Below are positions 6,467 through 12,347 of a stretch of DNA of 28,718 nt, piece by piece (the stretch's first letter is position 1; each line of letters starts with the position of its first letter). The notes below the pieces were generated by a model. The model saw nothing but the letters and a program-made list of their open reading frames with translations. It did not search any database and was not told the DNA's origin. Both the position numbers and the translations under genes were made by a program. The DNA lies in contig JAEFAK010000001.1 of the NCBI GenBank assembly GCA_016287555.1, forward strand, positions 1-28,718. Reading direction: 5' to 3'. The DNA comes from Oscillospiraceae bacterium. GTDB taxonomy: Bacteria > Bacillota > Clostridia > Oscillospirales > Oscillospiraceae.

Positions 6467-7624
6467 ATGGCTGTTGTTTACAATCAGCTCGTACCCGTCC
6501 TCTTCGGCAACGGCGCGCTCGACCTGCTCGGCGAGAAGGTAAAGGAGCTCGGCGGCACGAAGGCCATGCTCGTCTACGACGGCGGCGTCAAGGCCGCGGG
6601 CATCGCGCCCCGCGCCGAAGCGAGCTTGAAAAAGGCCGGCGTCGACTTCGTCGTGTTCGACAAGGTCCAGTCCGACCCCGCCGACTATCTCGTCAACGAG
6701 TGCGGCAAGATGGCCGTCGAGGCCAAGGTGGACTGCTTCATCGGCGTCGGCGGCGGCTCCAGCCTCGACTGCACCAAGGCGGCCTCCCTGCTCATGAACC
6801 ACCCCGCGCCCATCGAGCAGTACTTCACCGCGCCGCCCAGCTTTCTGGAGTGCTGCGTGCCCGTCATCCTCTGCCCGACCGCGGCCGGAACGGGCAGCGA
6901 GGTAACGCAGGTCGCCGTCATAACCAGCTCCGTCGACCACTCCAAGCCCTCCGTCTTCATGCGCTCCAGCCTCGCCATAGTCGATCCGGAGCTGACCTAT
7001 ACCGTCCCGCCCCGCGTCACGGCGAACACCGGGCTCGACGCCTTCACCCACGCCGCCGAGGCCATAACGGCGAAGGGCCGCAATCCGCGCAGCGAGCTGC
7101 TGGCGAAGACGGCCATCGAGAAGATAACCAAGTTCCTCCCGCAGGCCTACGACGACGGGAAGAACGTCGAGGCGCGCTACGAGATGGCGCTCGCGGCCAA
7201 CTGGGCGGGCATCGCCTTCCAGGACACCGACTGCCACCTCGGCCACTGCATGGCCGACGGCATCTCCGCCAAGTACCACACGCCCCACGGGTATAACTGC
7301 ATCGTCGTCGACCCGGAGCTCATGGTCGAGTGCGCGAAGTTCGTCCCCGACAAGGTGAAGATAGTCGGCGAGGCCGCGGGAGCGAAGTTCGAGGGCTCCG
7401 AGACGCCCGCCGAGATCGGCAAAAAGACGGCCGACGCCATCCGCGCGCTCATGCGCCGCGTCGGCATAAAGAGCCCGAAGGAGAACGGCATGGCCCGCGA
7501 GGACTTCATCGAGTGCGCGAAGATGGCCATGGAGATAGACTACGGCCTCCGCCTCAACTGCCCCTTCGAGCCGACGCTCGAGAACGTCAGCGAGATATAC
7601 GCCCGCAGCTACGACAATTATTGA
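6467..7624 (+). CDS. Iron-containing (group III) alcohol dehydrogenase
   Basis: 385 aa. GGGSSLDCTKA, PTAAGTGSEVT, metal ligands D191/H195 (DAFTH), H260 and H274 (PHG). Confidence 0.92.
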   Translation: MAVVYNQLVPVLFGNGALDLLGEKVKELGGTKAMLVYDGGVKAAGIAPRAEASLKKAGVDFVVFDKVQSDPADYLVNECGKMAVEAKVDCFIGVGGGSSLDCTKAASLLMNHPAPIEQYFTAPPSFLECCVPVILCPTAAGTGSEVTQVAVITSSVDHSKPSVFMRSSLAIVDPELTYTVPPRVTANTGLDAFTHAAEAITAKGRNPRSELLAKTAIEKITKFLPQAYDDGKNVEARYEMALAANWAGIAFQDTDCHLGHCMADGISAKYHTPHGYNCIVVDPELMVECAKFVPDKVKIVGEAAGAKFEGSETPAEIGKKTADAIRALMRRVGIKSPKENGMAREDFIECAKMAMEIDYGLRLNCPFEPTLENVSEIYARSYDNY

Positions 7625-7634
7625 TAATGGGTTT

Positions 7635-7666
7635 AAGCCCACCGCCGCTCGGCGGTGGGCTTTTTT
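7635..7666 (+). terminator. Intrinsic terminator of the MBL / Fe-ADH operon
   Basis: AAGCCCACCGCC-GCTC-GGCGGTGGGCTT followed by a T tract, 10 nt after the stop. Confidence 0.88.
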
Positions 7667-7717
7667 ATCCTTTTCGGTATTCCTCCCCGCTGACAAACAT
7701 GCTTGGGAGGGCACTTA

Positions 7718-7777
7718 GGGAAATGGGGACAGACCCCGTTTCCCGGGGTGAAACAGGGGACAGTCCCCATTTTCCAC
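7718..7777. repeat. Pair of GGGGACAG(A/T)CCCC palindromic units (copy 1)
   Basis: GGGAAATGGGGACAGACCCCGTTTCCC (7718-7744), then GGGGACAGTCCCC (7756-7768) inside a longer stem. The same pair recurs at 8964-9033. Confidence 0.75.
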
Positions 7778-7798
7778 GAGGAGACGATGGACGAGGGT

Positions 7799-7845
7799 CG
7801 GGCGGATGTTACCCATGTTGCTATTGACATGATATCCGCCCCTAC
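7799..7845 (-). repeat. GTAG-tagged REP with an enlarged loop
   Basis: Minus strand: GTAG-GGGCGGAT-(N26)-ATCCGCCC-G. Confidence 0.65.
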
Positions 7846-7950
7846 ACATTAACCCGGAAGTCAGCCGCATAGGCGTTAACGAACACGGAATTGAAAGGCC
7901 CGCAGTCGTCGCGGCCTGCAGCGATTCCGATACTGCAGGCAGAAAAAGGA

Positions 7951-7979
7951 TTGCGCAACTCTCTCTGCAATGGTATAAT
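7951..7979 (+). promoter_or_regulatory. Sigma-A-type promoter P1 upstream of the lipoprotein gene
   Basis: TTGCGC-N17-TATAAT with an extended -10 (TGGTATAAT). Confidence 0.7.
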
Positions 7980-8074
7980 ATGCGCGGGAAAGTCTTGCAG
8001 AGCAAGCCTTCGCGTCTGCGACGCGCTCGCTGCACTCGCCCTCGCTATTGACGGCTTCGCAAAAATGTCCTTGC

Positions 8075-8102
8075 GAGCAAACATTTTTGCTCATGGTATA
8101 AT
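8075..8102 (+). promoter_or_regulatory. Extended -10 promoter P2 with an overlapping palindrome
   Basis: TGGTATAAT at 8094-8102, directly preceded by the perfect inverted repeat GAGCAAA-CATT-TTTGCTC (8075-8092). Confidence 0.6.
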
Positions 8103-8186
8103 ATGCGCGGGGAAGTTTTGCGGAACGTTGTTTTTGGCCCAACAGGACTGGCGTGCCATTTGGCGCGGATGGAAAGGGAGGATAAA

Positions 8187-8846
8187 ATGAGCAAACGAAT
8201 TATCGCCGCAGCGCTGGCTGTCGTGCTTGCGCTTGCGCTGCTCGCGGGGTGCTCGCAGACCGTGCCCGACCCCGAGGGCTCCGTCGTCTCTCCAGAGGGC
8301 TTCGTCCCCTACGGCGAGGAGCCGGCCTTTGTCAATCAGCAGTACGCGAGCGACGACACGGTTATCTTTTATGCGGGGCTCCTTTTAAAGGAAAAGCCCA
8401 CCGCCCCGATCAGCTCATTCGCGGGCGCATACCTTATCTTCTATGACTTCGCGGAGCGACGTATTACGGGCGTCATCGACCTACGGGCGATCGACTGCAT
8501 CGACAGCGGCGACAACCCGACGCGCTGCCGCATAAGCGAGGACGGGTCGAAAATCTCCGTTTCGCAGGGCGACCGCGAATACTGCTACGTTTACAAGGAC
8601 AAGAAACTGAGCCGCTCGAAGCCGCACGGCGAGTTTGCGACGCGCGACAACCTTACGCTCCCGGACGAATACATGGATCAGATCGACCCGAAATACTCCG
8701 CTTGGGCGTTTTATTATCCGCTGGCACTCTTCGATGAGGGTGTCGGCTATCTCGCGCTCGACGTCGACGAGAACGGGCAGACCATCATGCATTATGCGAG
8801 CCTGCTTTATCTGAAAAACGGCGAAGTATACCGTATATTCGGCTGA
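8187..8846 (+). CDS. Hypothetical lipoprotein
   Basis: 219 aa from the ATG at 8187 (RBS AAGGGAGG). Signal peptide II with lipobox LAG-C22. I do not recognise the soluble domain. Confidence 0.85.
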   Translation: MSKRIIAAALAVVLALALLAGCSQTVPDPEGSVVSPEGFVPYGEEPAFVNQQYASDDTVIFYAGLLLKEKPTAPISSFAGAYLIFYDFAERRITGVIDLRAIDCIDSGDNPTRCRISEDGSKISVSQGDREYCYVYKDKKLSRSKPHGEFATRDNLTLPDEYMDQIDPKYSAWAFYYPLALFDEGVGYLALDVDENGQTIMHYASLLYLKNGEVYRIFG

Positions 8847-8869
8847 TGATCCGACACGGCATTATAAGG

Positions 8870-8912
8870 AAAGCCTCCGCGCGCATGTGAACATGGCGTG
8901 GAGGCTTTTTTT
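8870..8912 (+). terminator. Intrinsic terminator of the lipoprotein gene
   Basis: AAGCCTCCGCGC...GCGTGGAGGCTT stem followed by a 7-T run. Confidence 0.8.
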
Positions 8913-8963
8913 CGCAGGCGGATGCACGAAAAAGGGCGGCGGAGGGGTTTTCTGCCGCGCCGC

Positions 8964-9033
8964 GGGAAAGGGGACAGACCCCATTTCCCTTTTCGCTTCG
9001 CTCGGGAAATCGGGGACAGTCCCCGTTTTCCCG
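8964..9033. repeat. Pair of GGGGACAG(A/T)CCCC palindromic units (copy 2)
   Basis: GGGAAAGGGGACAGACCCCATTTCCC (8964-8989), then GGGAAATCGGGGACAGTCCCCGTTTTCCC (9004-9032). Same order and orientation as 7718-7777. Confidence 0.75.
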
Positions 9034-9040
9034 AAAACCG

Positions 9041-9067
9041 CGGGTCGATGTGGGCATCGATCCCTAC
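9041..9067 (-). repeat. GTAG-tagged REP
   Basis: Minus strand: GTAG-GGATCGATG-CCCA-CATCGACCC-G. Confidence 0.75.
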
Positions 9068-9105
9068 GAAAGAGAAATGCTGCGGATTTGCATTTGACAG
9101 TTATT

Positions 9106-9126
9106 CATTCTTCATTCTTCATTCTT
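9106..9126. repeat. Heptamer tandem repeat (CATTCTT)x3
   Basis: Three exact copies that end at the IS left boundary. Confidence 0.8.
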
Positions 9127-10214
9127 CGGTGAATTATACTATCAAGCGCAACACTTGAAAGAAAATAAAGAAGTTCATACGAAACTCGTGTAGAATGGAA
9201 TTACCACACACCAAAACCACAGAGGAGGATCGTATGAACTACAGACATCTTAGCATAGAAGAGCGGAGTTGTATACGAAAATATTACGTAGACGGTCTCA
9301 GTTACAGAGAAATTGCGCGGCTGATTGGAAGGAATGTGAGTACCGTTTCCCGAGAGATACGGCGCAACTGCACTCACATGTACGACATACCGACCTACTA
9401 CCCGCATACAGCACAGAAGAAGTATCTGCTGCGGCGCTCGTACTGTCACCGGGGGATGTTCTGGAACGAAGAAGTAATAACGTACATCGAAGACAAGCTC
9501 AAGGCCACGTGGTCACCGGAGCAGATCGCCTGTACTCCCTGTGAGTTGACCATGCCGAGCTGGAGGACGATCTATCGCTGGATCTATGAGAAGTATCTGG
9601 TCAACGGTAACCTGAAAGTGCTGCGCCGCAAAGGAAAAAGCCACGGCGTCAAGGAAACCCGTGGCAAATACGCCATGGGGAAATCTATTCGCAAACGGGA
9701 CAAGAGTGTATACAAGAGAGAAATTGCCGGTCATTGGGAGGCGGATACTGTCGTAAGCGGCCTCGGCAAAAGCAAGGCATGTTTTGTCACCCTTGCCGAA
9801 CGAAAAACCAGATATTATACCGCTATGAAGCTGCCTGACAAAAAGGCCTCGTCTATTGAAGACGCCATCGTTAAGATACTATCTGAATTCCCGCCCTGCC
9901 TTGTGAAGTCCATTACCTGTGACAGAGGCTCGGAGTTCGCCAATTGGCTGAACATAGAGAAACGGCTGAACTGTGACGTCTACTTTGCCGATCCGTACTG
10001 TGCCTGGCAGAAGGGCTCCAACGAAAACAGCAACGGCCTCCTTCGCGAGTTTTATCCGAAAGGCCGCAATCTCTCCCGCGTCGCTCCGGCAACCCTAAAA
10101 CGAAACCTGGCGTTGATCAACGCCAGGCCTCGTAAGGTTCTTAATTTCCGTTCTGCTCAGTTTCTGTGGGATCTTGAACTCCAGAACTGTTGCACTTAGT
10201 TTGACAATTCACCG
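9127..10214 (+). mobile_element. IS30-family insertion sequence (1088 bp), apparently intact
   Basis: IRL CGGTGAATTATACTATCAAGCGCAACA (9127-9153) and IRR (10188-10214, reverse complement CGGTGAATTGTCAAACTAAGTGCAACA) match at 20/27 positions. Flanked by the direct repeat CTT (9124-9126 and 10215-10217). Alternative ends 9129/10212 would give a 2-bp CG duplication. Visibly more AT-rich than the flanks. Confidence 0.92.
9234..10199 (+). CDS. IS30-family DDE transposase
   Basis: 321 aa from the ATG at 9234 (RBS GAGGAGG). HTH LSYREIARLIGRNVSTVSREIRRN; DDE triad in GHWEADTV, SITCDRGSEF and QKGSNENSNGLLREFYPKG; the stop lies inside IRR. Confidence 0.96.
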   Translation: MNYRHLSIEERSCIRKYYVDGLSYREIARLIGRNVSTVSREIRRNCTHMYDIPTYYPHTAQKKYLLRRSYCHRGMFWNEEVITYIEDKLKATWSPEQIACTPCELTMPSWRTIYRWIYEKYLVNGNLKVLRRKGKSHGVKETRGKYAMGKSIRKRDKSVYKREIAGHWEADTVVSGLGKSKACFVTLAERKTRYYTAMKLPDKKASSIEDAIVKILSEFPPCLVKSITCDRGSEFANWLNIEKRLNCDVYFADPYCAWQKGSNENSNGLLREFYPKGRNLSRVAPATLKRNLALINARPRKVLNFRSAQFLWDLELQNCCT

Positions 10215-10274
10215 CTTTTCTTATTTTTCTTTTAATTATGCGCTTTTCAGGCTGTACTTAATACTATAACGCCG

Positions 10275-10853
10275 TTAAAACTTTTTTCGGACCTCGTGCA
10301 GAAGGATGGGCATGGTACGCTCGGCGTGGTCGCGGAGGGAGTATTCCCCTCCGCTGAGGCACCACTCATAAAGCAGGGCGCGTTCGCACATGGCGTAAAG
10401 GCGGGTGATGTCGTTTACGCTCATATCGCCGCGCAGCTCGCCGCGGCGCTGCCCCTCGGAGGCTATGGTCCGCAGCAGCCTGTAATACGTCCGGTTGCGG
10501 TCGAGCAGGTGCTTTTCGCCCTTTGTGACGAGCTGCGTCGAATACAGGCGCGCCAGAAGCTCTATGGGGACGGAGTTCTCGATCATGGCGAAAAGCTCGC
10601 GGTTTAAGTACATGAGCTTGTCAAAGGCGTCCATTTCCGGGGCGAGGCTGTTCATGAGCTCCTCATACTTCTCGTCGAAGATCATGGAAAGGCTCCCGAG
10701 CAGCGCGTCCTTGCCCTCGAAATAGTGGTAGAATGAGCCCTTGGAGGTCTGCGAGCGCGCGATTATCTCGTCAACGGTCGTGTAGTCGTAGCCGCGCTCA
10801 TAGAAGAGCTGCCAGGCGGCGGCGACTATCTTTCTCTTGGTCTTGTTTTCCAT
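10275..10853 (-). CDS. TetR/AcrR family transcriptional regulator
   Basis: 192 aa with the N-terminal HTH KIVAAAWQLFYERGYDYTTVDEIIARSQTSKGSFYHYFEGKD. Confidence 0.93.
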   Translation of the reverse strand: MENKTKRKIVAAAWQLFYERGYDYTTVDEIIARSQTSKGSFYHYFEGKDALLGSLSMIFDEKYEELMNSLAPEMDAFDKLMYLNRELFAMIENSVPIELLARLYSTQLVTKGEKHLLDRNRTYYRLLRTIASEGQRRGELRGDMSVNDITRLYAMCERALLYEWCLSGGEYSLRDHAERTMPILLHEVRKKF

Positions 10854-10874
10854 AGTCTGCCTCCCGCGGGCGCT

Positions 10875-11063
10875 TCAGTCCGTCATCGTCTCGGCCAGAT
10901 ACGGCACCTGCACGCGCAGGCCGTCGTCGGTATAGACGATGTAGCGTCTGAACCAGAAGAACATGAATATCGCGAGAACGACCGCGACAAGGACTATCCA
11001 GCCGATGAGCTTGAGCACGAAGCGCACGGGCTTGTGCCCGTGGTATACCGCGCCTCTTCTCAT
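10875..11063 (-). CDS. Small single-pass membrane protein (62 aa)
   Basis: Basic N-terminus and one long hydrophobic stretch. ATGA overlap with the rpiB stop; fills the gap between rpiB and tetR. Confidence 0.7.
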   Translation of the reverse strand: MRRGAVYHGHKPVRFVLKLIGWIVLVAVVLAIFMFFWFRRYIVYTDDGLRVQVPYLAETMTD

Positions 11064-11500
11064 GCCTCGTTCTCCAGATCCATGATGAGCCCGACGCGGC
11101 GGGCGTGCCTGCCGCCCTCGAAGGGCGTATTGAGGAATATATCGACTATCTTCAGCGCGAGACCGCCGCCAATGACGCGCGCGCCGAGGGCGATCATGTT
11201 CGCGTCGTTATGGCGTCTGGTCATCTCGGCGGAGAAGCAGTCGCCGCAGGTGGCGCAGCGGATGCCCTTTATCTTGTTGGCTGCGAGGGCGATGCCTATG
11301 CCCGTCCCGCACACGAGGATGCCGCGGTCGCACTCCCCGGAGGAAACGGCGCGCGCGGCCGCCGCCCCGTATATGGGGTAATCGCAGCTCTCGGGCGTGT
11401 AGGTCCCGAAATCCTTGTATTCAAGTCCCTTCTCGTTCAGGTAGGCGGCTATCTCCTTTTTCAGTTCGAGTCCCGCGTGATCGCTTGCAAGTGCTATCAT
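11060..11500 (-). CDS. rpiB: Ribose 5-phosphate isomerase B
   Basis: 146 aa. IALASDHAG, DYP, GILVCGTGIG, HNDAN and FEGGRHARRV motifs. Confidence 0.95.
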   Translation of the reverse strand: MIALASDHAGLELKKEIAAYLNEKGLEYKDFGTYTPESCDYPIYGAAAARAVSSGECDRGILVCGTGIGIALAANKIKGIRCATCGDCFSAEMTRRHNDANMIALGARVIGGGLALKIVDIFLNTPFEGGRHARRVGLIMDLENEA

Positions 11501-11514
11501 GTTATCTCTCCTTA

Positions 11515-12330
11515 TCAGAGCCCGACGAACTCGGGCTTTCTGTTGATGAACCTTGTGATATTCTTAAAGCCGAAGGCCCGGAGCATATCCGCGCCCTCGT
11601 CGAAGCCGCTCGCTATGAGATGAGGCTCGTGGGCGTCGCTGCCGAGCGTCACGAGCTCGCCGCCGAGGTCGGCGTAGAGCCTCAGCAGCCAAGGCTCCGG
11701 CGTGCATTGCATGCCGTAACGGAAGCTGGAGGTGTTGAGCTCGAGGGCTATCCCCTTCTCTGTCATTATTCGCAGGACCTCCGCGAATACGTCGCGGAAC
11801 GGTTCCAGCGTCAGCCCCGGCTGATCGGGCTCGGTATAGCGCAGCGGATAGCCTATATGAGCCATGACGTCGAAGCCGCCCTGCTTTGCGAGCTGCAGAT
11901 GCTCAAGCGCGTAGCGCTCGAGCATGCGCACGTCCTCGACTCTGTCGGCGAGCTTCCCGTCGCGCCCGAGGGAATAGAAATCGGGCAGCCCCGCGAGATT
12001 GTGGACGGAGGCGACGACGAGATCGAAGCCGTCGGCGGCTATGCGCGCGGCGACCTCGGGGTGGTGATTGGCGCTGCCTATCTCGATGCCGAAGAGGACC
12101 TCGAGCCTGCCCTTTGCCCTCTCCTTCGCTTCCTCATAGACGGCTCTTCGGGCCGGCCCGTCATAGCAGTCGGGGTCTATCTCCCCCGTCTCGTAGTGCT
12201 CGATGTCGCAGTGATCGGTGAACGTCACGCCGGAAATACCGAGCTCCGCGGCGGCAAGCGCCATCTCCGCCATGGGCACATGGCAGTCGTCGGATATATC
12301 GCTGTGAAGATGCTGGTCGTAATACTTCAT
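11515..12330 (-). CDS. PHP-family histidinol-phosphatase-like (HisJ family) phosphatase
   Basis: 271 aa from MKYYDQHLHS. PHP motifs HxH, TDH, GIEIG, SVH, HIGYP, ELNTSS and GSDAH. Confidence 0.88.
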   Translation of the reverse strand: MKYYDQHLHSDISDDCHVPMAEMALAAAELGISGVTFTDHCDIEHYETGEIDPDCYDGPARRAVYEEAKERAKGRLEVLFGIEIGSANHHPEVAARIAADGFDLVVASVHNLAGLPDFYSLGRDGKLADRVEDVRMLERYALEHLQLAKQGGFDVMAHIGYPLRYTEPDQPGLTLEPFRDVFAEVLRIMTEKGIALELNTSSFRYGMQCTPEPWLLRLYADLGGELVTLGSDAHEPHLIASGFDEGADMLRAFGFKNITRFINRKPEFVGL

Positions 12331-12347
12331 ATGATCTCGATCTCCGA

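Noticed and set aside
7846-8070. tRNA, 6S RNA, tmRNA or a known riboswitch in the structured intergenic DNA
   Set aside because: No cloverleaf, T-loop, tag reading frame or recognisable aptamer consensus; kept only as unexplained hairpins.
7718-9067. Possible CRISPR array or integron attC array from the recurring GGGGACAG motif
   Set aside because: Only two pairs about 1.2 kb apart, no regular repeat-spacer period, no cas or integrase gene, and no GTTRRRY/RYYYAAC core sites seen.
9127-10214. Composite transposon carrying the lipoprotein or tetR
   Set aside because: Only one IS copy is present and its immediate flanks form a direct repeat, consistent with a simple insertion.
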